DNA from: a virus
Strand: one strand, 5' to 3'
IMG/VR virus record: IMGVR_UViG_3300009784_000004
Length of the DNA stretch: 36,725 bases
Of this stretch, positions 1-7,994 are shown piece after piece (positions within the stretch are counted from its first letter, which is position 1; each line of letters opens with the position of its first letter). The translations under genes and the position numbers were made by a program. The notes below the pieces were generated by a model. That model did no database searches. It was not told the DNA's origin and saw only the letters and a list, made by a program, of their open reading frames with translations.

Positions 1-51
1 GCAGCGGACTGAAAATCCGCGTGTCGACAGTTCGATTCTGTCCCTGGGCAC
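1..51. repeat. attL copy of the 51-nt att core (direct repeat with 36675-36725)
   Basis: Read base by base; identical to 36675-36725. The repeat may extend beyond the window edges. Confidence 0.9.
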
Positions 52-52
52 C
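1..52 (+). tRNA. 3' portion of tRNA-Phe (anticodon GAA); the 5' half lies upstream of the window
   Basis: Anticodon stem-loop GCGGA-CTGAAAA-TCCGC (4-20) with GAA at 11-13. T arm GACAG-TTCGATT-CTGTC (26-42). Acceptor 3' strand CCTGGGC (43-49), discriminator A50, CC 51-52. The layout matches bacterial tRNA-Phe as I remember it. Confidence 0.85.
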
Positions 53-178
53 TAAAAATAGGCGCTTTTGCGATCTTCATGCTTCTCATTTTTCTCATCT
101 TTCGCTGTGGTGGTGCACAACCAGTTCACAGTGGTTTGCTCTTGCGTGAAGATGAGCAGAGAGTTATCGATCAACTTT

Positions 179-220
179 CGACGCCCGCCTTACCTACCTT
201 TGGCGGGCGTCGGTTTTTTT
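179..220 (+). terminator. Rho-independent terminator (plus strand)
   Basis: 11-bp GC-rich stem CGACGCCCGCC (179-189) pairs with GGCGGGCGTCG (202-212) around a 12-nt loop, followed by G plus T7 (214-220). It lies about 130 nt downstream of the tRNA-Phe 3' end. Confidence 0.7.
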
Positions 221-481
221 GTGCAAAAAAAACTTTGACAAACGGCGAATGGAGCGACACTCATTCCCGTCTCGAGACAGTTCCCCGCTTTGGCGTGGAC
301 TTTCCTCTGAGGTAACTCAGAGGCCTAATTGAAGCGCTGCAGTACCATGAGACAGCTACGCAAGTAGATCTCACTATCCGTGTGGGAAACCATGCGGCTC
401 CATTGAAGACCGCGAGAGGCAAAATGATGCACCGATCGCGCATCATTCTATCCGTCATCGAAAGCTGACGGCTCCAGTTGA

Positions 482-518
482 AACGGCTGTCAGTCCGAAG
501 CTGACAGCCGTTTTTTTT
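482..518 (+). terminator. Rho-independent terminator, strongest on the plus strand; may also end the minus-strand late/lysis operon
   Basis: 12-bp stem AACGGCTGTCAG (482-493) pairs with CTGACAGCCGTT (501-512) around a 7-nt loop, with a T8 run at 511-518. On the minus strand the same hairpin follows the endolysin stop at 524 but is trailed only by TTTCAA. Confidence 0.7.
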
Positions 519-523
519 GCCGG

Positions 524-1072
524 CTACGACGCTGCGGGCAGAGCCTCAACGGCCGTATCGTACGCGCCCGAGCGCGCGAACTCCGCCTGCAGCGAGACGA
601 GGCTGCGCGCGTAAGTCTCCTCGTCGCCCGTGTAATAACCGCGCGCTTTGAGCGCGTAAGCAAACGCGCGCGCGTCTCCCTTCTCGACTTCGCTCCACGC
701 CGCAGCGTAGCGACGGCGGAGGAACTCGAGGTGCTCGCGCATTCCGTCAGCGAGCGACGCGTACGCGCGAAACCACGTCTGCGGATCGGGCGGGTTGAAC
801 GTCACGCGCTTGCCGTTGACGATCTCCGGAACTGATTGCAACATACAATAATCGCGGCCGTCACCCTCAACGTGTTTGACGTTGCCGATATTATTGTTCC
901 AGCAAAATTTTCCTCGTCCGGTCTCAAGCGCGTACTGCGCCCAGATCACGCCGCATGAAGCTTTGCTCGGCGCGGCGCCGTCGTAGAGATCGCGCCACGC
1001 AGCGACGAGAGCACGCGCGAAGTCTTCGGTGGAGAACTTCGTGCGCACGGTGGGTACGAGCTGCTCGGTCAC
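524..1072 (-). CDS. Endolysin, glucosaminidase-type (mannosyl-glycoprotein endo-beta-N-acetylglucosaminidase / FlgJ-like)
   Basis: 182 aa. Motifs WAQYALETGRG ... NNNIGNVK ... FRAYASL..G...H resemble the glucosaminidase (PF01832-type) family. GTG start at 1072 with GGAGG 6 nt upstream; GTGA overlap with the upstream gene. Last gene of the late operon. Confidence 0.65.
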   Translation of the reverse strand: MTEQLVPTVRTKFSTEDFARALVAAWRDLYDGAAPSKASCGVIWAQYALETGRGKFCWNNNIGNVKHVEGDGRDYCMLQSVPEIVNGKRVTFNPPDPQTWFRAYASLADGMREHLEFLRRRYAAAWSEVEKGDARAFAYALKARGYYTGDEETYARSLVSLQAEFARSGAYDTAVEALPAAS

Positions 1073-1296
1073 TGACCACCTCCGAACTTCGCCGCCTCAG
1101 CGAGATCGGCGAGGCGCTCGGCGCGCGCCCGATCAGCCTCGACGAGGTACTGGCGGAGCTCCTCGACGGGCACGAGATCGAGACCGAGCTCGACGAGCCG
1201 GCGCGAGATCTCCCCGGGCTCAGAGAGCCTGCCGGAAAGTACGCTGGCCACGAGCGTTGCCAGCTCCGCGGTGACTGCTGCCGGGATGGCGATCAT
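1069..1296 (-). CDS. Hypothetical lysis-cassette protein (75 aa)
   Basis: I chose the internal ATG at 1296 (MIAIPAAV...). It has GAAGGGGG 6 nt upstream and an ATGA overlap with the upstream gene. The longer ORF-track start at 1356 adds an Arg-rich extension. Confidence 0.5.
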   Translation of the reverse strand: MIAIPAAVTAELATLVASVLSGRLSEPGEISRRLVELGLDLVPVEELRQYLVEADRARAERLADLAEAAKFGGGQ

Positions 1297-1691
1297 TGCG
1301 CACCCCCTTCCGCGCCGGCGTCGACGCCCCATGCCTCGCGGACCTTCGCGCGACACTCACGTGACTCGGCAAGTGTCGTAGCGTAGTCCACGCATTCAAG
1401 TTGCTGCGCAAGGTAACCGGCGCTCGCTGCATCGCGCGAGGCGCTCGTGCCGCAGGCCTGCGCTGCCATCGCAGCCAGACCCACGAACAAGAGCACCGGC
1501 AACGGCGGTGGTGGGGTCGACGACGATGGCCGATAGACCCGGCGCATGACGCCCATGAGCGCAACCCCCAGCGCAGACGCCGCGCCGAACTCCACGGGCG
1601 ATGCCTCCAACCACACCATCGCGACGATACCCACCATCACCACGGCGAGTGCCACTACAGACGACCAACGAATTTCGCTATCACTCGGCAT
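1293..1691 (-). CDS. Membrane protein of the lysis cassette (holin/spanin candidate) with an internal lipobox-like motif
   Basis: 132 aa. Two N-terminal hydrophobic helices (WSSVVALAVVMVGIVAMVWL and FGAASALGVALMGVM), then RRVYRP-PPPP-LPVLLFVGLAAMAAQAC, which looks like a lipoprotein signal, then a Cys-containing soluble tail. AGGAGA lies 7 nt before the ATG at 1691. Confidence 0.5.
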   Translation of the reverse strand: MPSDSEIRWSSVVALAVVMVGIVAMVWLEASPVEFGAASALGVALMGVMRRVYRPSSSTPPPPLPVLLFVGLAAMAAQACGTSASRDAASAGYLAQQLECVDYATTLAESRECRAKVREAWGVDAGAEGGAQ

Positions 1692-1869
1692 TGTTATTTC
1701 TCCTGTCGAAAATAATATTATCTAAATCTTTCCTAATCTTATCGACAGCCTTCACGAGGCCGTCAATCGTGTTGGTCAGTTGGCCAAGTCGGTAGATTGA
1801 CCACCCGACGGCGCCGATTGCGGTAATCGACGCAGGAACAAGCCACTTCAGGACCTCATGATCAATCAC
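1681..1869 (-). CDS. Small single-TM protein, holin candidate (62 aa)
   Basis: GTG at 1869 is preceded by GAAAGGAGG with 7-nt spacing. The product VIDHEVLKWLVPASITAIGAVGWSIYRL... has one TM segment and a charged C-terminus. It is the first gene after the tail fibre. The TTG start at 1980 in the ORF track has no RBS. Confidence 0.55.
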   Translation of the reverse strand: MIDHEVLKWLVPASITAIGAVGWSIYRLGQLTNTIDGLVKAVDKIRKDLDNIIFDRRNNNAE

Positions 1870-2026
1870 GGTACGACCTCCTTTCTTTTTTGACCCGGGC
1901 AACGCTCCAACGAACACATCACCAAAGACCTCTCCCCGCGCAAGGAGACCCAGGCGGAAAACGAATCTCGTTCCTCCCAATGGTTCCAGGAGATATCCGC
2001 CACACGCGCTTGATCGCTATTGCACA

Positions 2027-3628
2027 TTACGACACCGACCCCCATTTCTTTGCCCACGTATTGAGTTTCGCTCGGAACGCCGGAGATGTTGGCTGGTCTT
2101 CGAACATCAAGACGAAGGCGCCAAACCTGTAGATTGCATTGTCGGCGCCGTTGTAACCGACGCCAATGCCGCTCACCATGACCGTGGCCGGGTCATACGG
2201 GACGAACCCTTCCACGCCTTCGGGTGAAGTGCCAACGAATGCCCGAAGGTGATTGTCCCACGCCTCGAATCCGATCATCCTTGTCTGCCCGTCGTTGACG
2301 GAACCTCCCAGTGGGAAGCGAAGAAAGTTGCCTCCCCCCATATCCCAAAAGACCTCGATAGCCCCATTGCTTAGGCCGAACTTTGGATTGCTGGTGACCA
2401 ATGTGTTGGGAGGATTATTTGACGGGTAGTTCGCGGCGCTCCTTGCGTCCGTCGTGTTGCCCACGATCCAGAACTCAAGACCGCTCTTGGTCGGCTCGCT
2501 CCCGTCGCTATCTGTCCGATAGAGTTCGTCTTCCCCCTCGAAAGAGACGGCGGGGAGAGAACCAAAGGCGTTCTCTCGGTAGTATGCGCCCCACCCTCCA
2601 AGACCGTAGCCGGCTCCCTGGGCGACCCACGACTTGACGCGCCCAGCAGTGGGAGTGACCTGGTCGGACTGCCACACCGCCGCGGTAGGAACATCCACGG
2701 TTGGATGCCAGGCCTCGAAGCCGCCAACGAGCGGAGCGCTCGATCCGTCTGGGCCAGACACCACAACATCCTGCATCCCAGCCGGCAATGCCGGAGAAAT
2801 GCAGGTAACGGTACCATCGTTCTGCACGACAGACGTACAAGCCATACCCCCGATCGTCACCGCAGAGACATCGCCGACAACTGTCAACGTGAGGGGGACA
2901 GAGCCGTAGGTATCGCCAAGAGAGGGTGATACGGAAAGGATAGCAGGGGGAGGATTGGGCGCTGGCAATGTTTCTGTGTACACGAGCACGATCGAGTTGC
3001 TGTCTCCCGCTGCTGTCGTCACGCTCACCGCCACATCTCCGGGGGCATGAGGGGGCGCAACGAACGTACACGTTACTTCGTCGCTCGAAATGGGGGCGAC
3101 GTCAGCGTCTCCCACTCGAACGTTGTTAGCTCCTGCGAGATGGGTACCGATCGCGATGACCGTCTGCCCCCCTGTCTCTTCCACCTCCGGTGGGCTCAAC
3201 ATCGTGAGGACGGGAAGGGGCAATGGTGGCGTGACCTTTGGCGCAACCATTTCCGCCGTGAGAATCCCGCAACACAGATGCAGGGTACCATCCGCCTCAA
3301 CGTTGCCAACAATGTCATCGCCCGATACAGGAGTGCATCGCTCGAGTGTGCCAGTATCTGAGACGCGAACCCATGACGAAGTTCCAGGACCAAGCTTGGT
3401 GAGCCATCGCGGAACCTGGCCAAACTGCTGAATCTCAACTGCCGAACTGGGCCAGTAGGAACCAAGAGTAATACCCGTCGTTCTTCGCCCCCCATTCCTC
3501 GCTTCTGCCGTTGCTTGAACAAAGGTCCCGGAAACCGGGTCTTGGATGACGGGGTCGCCCGCGTCTCCTTTGCTACCCATGCCAGAAAGAGTTGCGTGAA
3601 AACTGATCGAGAATTGGGGCGATGTCAT
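2027..3628 (-). CDS. Tail fibre / receptor-binding protein with two IPT/TIG-like Ig domains and a C-terminal lectin-like (LamG/ConA-like) region
   Basis: 533 aa. Two consecutive segments look like IPT/TIG repeats (SPPEVEETGGQTVIAIGTHLAGANNVRVGDADV...VTCTFVAPPHAPGDVAVSVTTAAGDSN, and SVSPSLGDTYGSVPLTLTVVGD...VTCISPALPAGMQDVVVSGPDGSS). Its position just before the lysis genes matches T7 gp17. Confidence 0.6.
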   Translation of the reverse strand: MTSPQFSISFHATLSGMGSKGDAGDPVIQDPVSGTFVQATAEARNGGRRTTGITLGSYWPSSAVEIQQFGQVPRWLTKLGPGTSSWVRVSDTGTLERCTPVSGDDIVGNVEADGTLHLCCGILTAEMVAPKVTPPLPLPVLTMLSPPEVEETGGQTVIAIGTHLAGANNVRVGDADVAPISSDEVTCTFVAPPHAPGDVAVSVTTAAGDSNSIVLVYTETLPAPNPPPAILSVSPSLGDTYGSVPLTLTVVGDVSAVTIGGMACTSVVQNDGTVTCISPALPAGMQDVVVSGPDGSSAPLVGGFEAWHPTVDVPTAAVWQSDQVTPTAGRVKSWVAQGAGYGLGGWGAYYRENAFGSLPAVSFEGEDELYRTDSDGSEPTKSGLEFWIVGNTTDARSAANYPSNNPPNTLVTSNPKFGLSNGAIEVFWDMGGGNFLRFPLGGSVNDGQTRMIGFEAWDNHLRAFVGTSPEGVEGFVPYDPATVMVSGIGVGYNGADNAIYRFGAFVLMFEDQPTSPAFRAKLNTWAKKWGSVS

Positions 3629-6321
3629 TATCTCTGTCCTCTCTGCGCTACTCCGTCGGCGCCTGACGCGGCAGGGACGGAAAGCCGGAAGTTGGAAACG
3701 CGGGAAGGTGGTGGCGGCTGTGCGGCCGGTCGCTGATACGTGGATTGAATTGTTTGCACGAAGTCCGGCGCAAGCGTTTGGTCTGTTGGCAAGTCGAGCA
3801 GAATCCCGAGTGCGATTCGTCGCGTATAGGGGATGGGTGATTTGCTGTCGACAAGAGCCTGAAACACTTGGTTGCGCATCTCATCGTAGAGTCGAGGGTA
3901 CACAGCCTTAACTGCCTCGACGTGCTCGGGGGTGAGCCCGCCGTGCACGGCTTTGCGTACGATGATGGTGGGATCATCGAGTGCTTCTTTGTACCTTCTG
4001 AATTGCGCAATCTCCGCGTCACTCGCGCGCGTCGCGGGCTGGAATTGCGGCTGCAAAGAGTATGGGTCTTTTTTTGCGCTCGGGAGTTTTGAAGCGAGAA
4101 AGGCGACCCCTCGCATGGCCGTCGCCGTTGCCGCCGTCGTCGTCTTTGGAGCGGCGTCGCTCACGGGGTTTAGCGCTGCGCCAACGCGATCGGAAAGTTG
4201 CTGCGGATTCGCTTGGAGTGCGGATATCCCGCGTTGATCGCGAATGAACTTTTCCGTCTTCACCCCTCCCGCTCTCGCGGCTTCACCTACGGCCTTCGCT
4301 TTGTCTTCCGAGCCGAGGACGCTGTTGACGCTAGATCTCGCGACTTCGTCACCAACCTTTTGCGCGCGCCCTTTGCTCGCGGCGCTGCTGATTAGCTGCG
4401 AGAAAAACCCGCTATCCACGCTCGAAGGAGACGGACTCGGCGACGGCGCTCGAGCAACGCCAACAGCCTCACGCGCGCCGCCGGTGAACTTGCGCATGAC
4501 GCTCTTCGCTTGCTGCTCGAGCATCGCAAGACGTTTCATCGTGGATATTGGGTTGACGGCTAGATCGGTTACGACGCCGACCAGCCCACCAAATTGTCGC
4601 TCATGTTCCTCCGCTTGAAGGCGTCGGATTTGGTTGATCGTCGAGGCCTCCTGCGTTGCCGAGTTGAACGTCTTCTCGAGCGAGTCGAGCGCCGCGCGCT
4701 CGTCTGCAATGGCCTGCGCCCCGCGAGCTCCGTGGTCATAGGCTTGCTCTGTCGCGTCGAGGAAGCGTCGGCGTGTCGAGAGAAAGTCTCGAACGGACTG
4801 CGCGTCGAGGTCCCTCGCTGGCGTCGTCAGCTGGTCGATGAAGCCGTGCACCGCGCCGGTATCGCCGACGAAGTCCGGGCGCCCAGCAGTCGATCCATAT
4901 CGTGTCGTGAACCTGTTTTGAAATCGTTCCCCGAGCGCGATGTTGCTCGTCGTTGCCTCGTTGACGATCCGCTGCGCCTCGCCCGCTTTGCCCCATGCAG
5001 TGTCCTCGAGTGCAGATTGCAACCCCTTCGAGTCTCTGTAGAGTGCATCAAACGTACGCCCTGATTCGGACAGACCAACGGCAGTACGACCAAATTTCGC
5101 CTCTTGTCCGACCCACCTCTTTGTGGTGTCGAGCGCATCAAAAAGCTTGGCGCTGTCACCGGAATCAATCGCATCATTGATTCTCGACACATAACCCGCG
5201 AACCTCTTCGCGCTCTTCTTGGTGAGCCCGGAATTGGCGTCTCCAATCATCGGCTCGACTTCCGCTTGTGCGCGTGAGAGCCAATCTTTTGCAATCAACG
5301 ATTGCTCTTGAAAGTTGGATTTGTCGACCAGGTTCTCGATTTGTTTTAGTTTCGCTTCCCCGAACGTTTCCATTTGGGTGATCGACTGCGCCCGTTGCTG
5401 CTTTGTAATCGACTCCGACAAGTCGCGGGCTTGTTCTGCGAGACGGCGCTCGCGAGCGACGAGAAGGTTCTGGCGGTTCGCCCAGATCTCGCCCAACGTC
5501 GAGGGCGAGGCCTGGTTCGCGAGCTCTTGGCCCGCAGCTTCCTCCGCCATCGTCTTACCGACGTTCGGCGCTGCCTCTCCGAAGGCCTTTTCCGCGACAG
5601 CATCGTAAGCCTCGGCGCTCACCTTGGGCGCTTTCCACGCCCGGTAACCTTCGCCGAGGCCGTGCATCAGACCGCCGGCAATCATGCCGCCGAGAGCTCC
5701 GTGAGAGGCACCGCCGATCAATGCCTCGCCTGTGAGGTCGGTGTCTTTAAGCGCGGACTCGGAGATTGCCTCTCCGGCGCCGTAAAACGATCCCTCGACG
5801 GCGCCACGAGCAAGGGCGCCGCCCGCGCGTGCAAGAGCACCTTCGCCGAGCACCTTTGCGAGCCCGCGCTCCGTGCCGGCGCCGATACGAGAGACCATCG
5901 CCGGAAGCGTGGAGAGTCCCTCTTCGTCTCCCGCAAGCGCGCCACCGAGGACGCCGCCGAGCTCGGAGATGGTCGACGCAATGGGCGCGTAGGACTTCCA
6001 GCGCTCGAGGCCTTCGGACGCGAGCTTCGCCCCTTCATCGCCGCGGAGCGCTCGCGTCAGTTCTACGATCGCCTTGTCGCTCAGCCCCAGCGTAAGGCCT
6101 CGCGCGGCGCCCTCGAGCGACGGCATGATCGCGCCCTCGATAGGATGCTCGGCGAAGTACGCGTCAAGGCGGGCGCGCGCCACGTCCGTGTTGGCTTGCT
6201 GCTGCGCAGCCTGCTGCTCAGCAGGTGTCGCCGCACGCACGCCTTGCCCTTCGCGCGCAATGCCCGCGGGGAGATACCCGACCTTTCCGGTAGCCGTCGT
6301 GACGGGCGTCGGATCTGCCAT
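3628..6321 (-). CDS. Large internal virion / ejection-type protein (897 aa)
   Basis: Ala/Gly-rich helical protein with Gly-rich hydrophobic stretches (GGASHGALGGMIAGGLMHGLG). GAGAGG RBS and a TGATG overlap with the upstream gene. Its position corresponds to T7 gp15/gp16. No catalytic motif recognised. Confidence 0.45.
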   Translation of the reverse strand: MADPTPVTTATGKVGYLPAGIAREGQGVRAATPAEQQAAQQQANTDVARARLDAYFAEHPIEGAIMPSLEGAARGLTLGLSDKAIVELTRALRGDEGAKLASEGLERWKSYAPIASTISELGGVLGGALAGDEEGLSTLPAMVSRIGAGTERGLAKVLGEGALARAGGALARGAVEGSFYGAGEAISESALKDTDLTGEALIGGASHGALGGMIAGGLMHGLGEGYRAWKAPKVSAEAYDAVAEKAFGEAAPNVGKTMAEEAAGQELANQASPSTLGEIWANRQNLLVARERRLAEQARDLSESITKQQRAQSITQMETFGEAKLKQIENLVDKSNFQEQSLIAKDWLSRAQAEVEPMIGDANSGLTKKSAKRFAGYVSRINDAIDSGDSAKLFDALDTTKRWVGQEAKFGRTAVGLSESGRTFDALYRDSKGLQSALEDTAWGKAGEAQRIVNEATTSNIALGERFQNRFTTRYGSTAGRPDFVGDTGAVHGFIDQLTTPARDLDAQSVRDFLSTRRRFLDATEQAYDHGARGAQAIADERAALDSLEKTFNSATQEASTINQIRRLQAEEHERQFGGLVGVVTDLAVNPISTMKRLAMLEQQAKSVMRKFTGGAREAVGVARAPSPSPSPSSVDSGFFSQLISSAASKGRAQKVGDEVARSSVNSVLGSEDKAKAVGEAARAGGVKTEKFIRDQRGISALQANPQQLSDRVGAALNPVSDAAPKTTTAATATAMRGVAFLASKLPSAKKDPYSLQPQFQPATRASDAEIAQFRRYKEALDDPTIIVRKAVHGGLTPEHVEAVKAVYPRLYDEMRNQVFQALVDSKSPIPYTRRIALGILLDLPTDQTLAPDFVQTIQSTYQRPAAQPPPPSRVSNFRLSVPAASGADGVAQRGQR

Positions 6322-7994
6322 CAGCGACCTCTCAGAGGAGCGACGAGATCGTCGTAGCTCTCCGTGCGCTGCGTGACCGGCATCGTGTTACCCGTCAGTT
6401 TGCTTGTGGGCTCAACGCCTTGCGCACCTTGTTTGTAGCTCTGTTGTCCGCGCATCAAGCCGCGCGCCTCGCCCTGCATGCGATGCTCACGCATCATCAT
6501 CTCAGCGTGCCGCGCGAGCGCCTGCTGCTCGCGCACGAGTACAAATTCTGGCTTTCCCTGCACGCTCATGCTGCCGAGCGCATCGCCAATCGCAGGATCG
6601 TCTTTGGCAACGCGCGCGACGAGCTCTTTGTTTTCTTTGTCAATCTCGTGGAGCCGCTGAAAGTCGCCTCCAACAGACGACAGCTTTTTCGCCTCTTCGA
6701 TGTTTTTGGCTATCTGCCGAAGTGCATTCGTCTTTTGAAGTAGCTGCGATCCATCCTTATTCAGTTCGTTTGCAACACCTGCGTCCGGAGCAAAGCCGCC
6801 AAGCGTCGGAACATAGGACGTCGAGCGGTCTTTGCCGCCAGTACCAGGCACGCCGTACCTTTCGGCCATATCCACGGTCGCCTTGTCGTGCGTCAGTTGT
6901 GCGAAATTGTCCGCAGCTTTTGCGCGTTCATCATCGATGCTTGCAAGCATCGTCTGATAAGCTGCCTGGTTTTTTGCGTTGCGCGATTGCGCGTAGAGTG
7001 CGCCCAATTGGACTTTTGCATTATCCAAATACTGCGCCCGCGTGGCTGCCGCTGCGCGTTCGGGGTCGCCGAACGCAGCGAGGTTTTGCGCATAAAGATT
7101 CGTTCGTAGGTCGTACGCGTTTCTCGCCTTCGCGATGTTCGCCTTTTGAGCGTCGATGTTCGCGTCGACTGCCCGGTTGACGATTGACAATGCTGCGTTT
7201 TGGCCGCCCGTCAATGAGGCGCCAAACTGGCCAAGTCCGATTGCAAGAGCGGCGAGCACCTTGGCCGCGCCGCCCTGCTCTTTCCAATACGCATTCGGAT
7301 CGATCTTGGCATTTGCATCATTGGCGAGCTGCTCAAACCTGCCTTGTTCCTGTTGGATATACGCGTTTCTCTTTTGCGTGATTTGACTGCTCACCGCTTG
7401 CGCCTTCGCACTCGCGATGACGTCGGCCTGTGCCATCTGAGATTCAGCATCGGACTCGAGCTGGGAAGCGGCGTAAGTATTCTGTGCAGCTGCAACTCGA
7501 GCGGCAGACGCTCGAGCGCGAGCCTCTTCTCCTCGCGCGAGGTCCTCGGGATCGATCCCGTATTCGACTTTGCTCGAGCGCGTGCTTGGCGTCCACCGAG
7601 GTTTGCCGGTTGCGGGGAGCGACGCGGGGGCCGCTCGCTGCAGGTCGTCGAACGACATTGCGCTGGGGAATCCGTCACCCTCAGCCGGTCCTTGCACTGG
7701 AAGAGGGGCAGCCGCGGCCGCTTCAGGCGTTGCGGTTTTCTCTCCGAGAATGCGTTGCAGCCATGGCCTTGGAGCCCCTGCGAGTTGAAGCGATTGCAGC
7801 GGGTTTGGCCCCGCAGGTTGTGGCTGCGGAGAAGGAGCGACGGGAGGCGGATCGTCGAGCTCGATGGTCGGGTTAGCAGCCTGAAGCGGCAACGGTGGAG
7901 CAGCCGAAGGAACGGGCGATCCCGTGATGCTCGCCAGTCCCGCGAGCGTGCCGGGCGAAAGGTTGTATCGTGCACCCAATGATGCGAGGTTCAT
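6321..7994 (-). CDS. Internal virion / ejection-type protein (557 aa)
   Basis: Pro-rich N-terminus, long Ala/Gln-rich helical region and one hydrophobic segment (AAKVLAALAIGLGQFGASL). TGGAGG RBS and ATGA overlap with the upstream gene. Confidence 0.45.
   Translation of the reverse strand: MNLASLGARYNLSPGTLAGLASITGSPVPSAAPPLPLQAANPTIELDDPPPVAPSPQPQPAGPNPLQSLQLAGAPRPWLQRILGEKTATPEAAAAAPLPVQGPAEGDGFPSAMSFDDLQRAAPASLPATGKPRWTPSTRSSKVEYGIDPEDLARGEEARARASAARVAAAQNTYAASQLESDAESQMAQADVIASAKAQAVSSQITQKRNAYIQQEQGRFEQLANDANAKIDPNAYWKEQGGAAKVLAALAIGLGQFGASLTGGQNAALSIVNRAVDANIDAQKANIAKARNAYDLRTNLYAQNLAAFGDPERAAAATRAQYLDNAKVQLGALYAQSRNAKNQAAYQTMLASIDDERAKAADNFAQLTHDKATVDMAERYGVPGTGGKDRSTSYVPTLGGFAPDAGVANELNKDGSQLLQKTNALRQIAKNIEEAKKLSSVGGDFQRLHEIDKENKELVARVAKDDPAIGDALGSMSVQGKPEFVLVREQQALARHAEMMMREHRMQGEARGLMRGQQSYKQGAQGVEPTSKLTGNTMPVTQRTESYDDLVAPLRGR

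Noticed and set aside
79-315. 78-aa plus-strand ORF next to attL.
   Set aside because: It has no RBS, it reads straight through the strong terminator hairpin at 179-220, and its composition is implausible.
5374-6357. Long plus-strand ORF (327 aa). Similar antisense ORFs include 6404-7180, 7344-7982, 8498-9304, 10129-10797, 16613-17296, 17598-18470 and 20138-20884 on the plus strand, and 32665-33606, 33672-34160 and 35832-36413 on the minus strand.
   Set aside because: They are shadow ORFs typical of GC-rich DNA. Their composition is Arg/Ser/Pro/Cys-rich and low-complexity, they lack RBSs, and each lies antisense to a gene with recognisable motifs or tight translational coupling.
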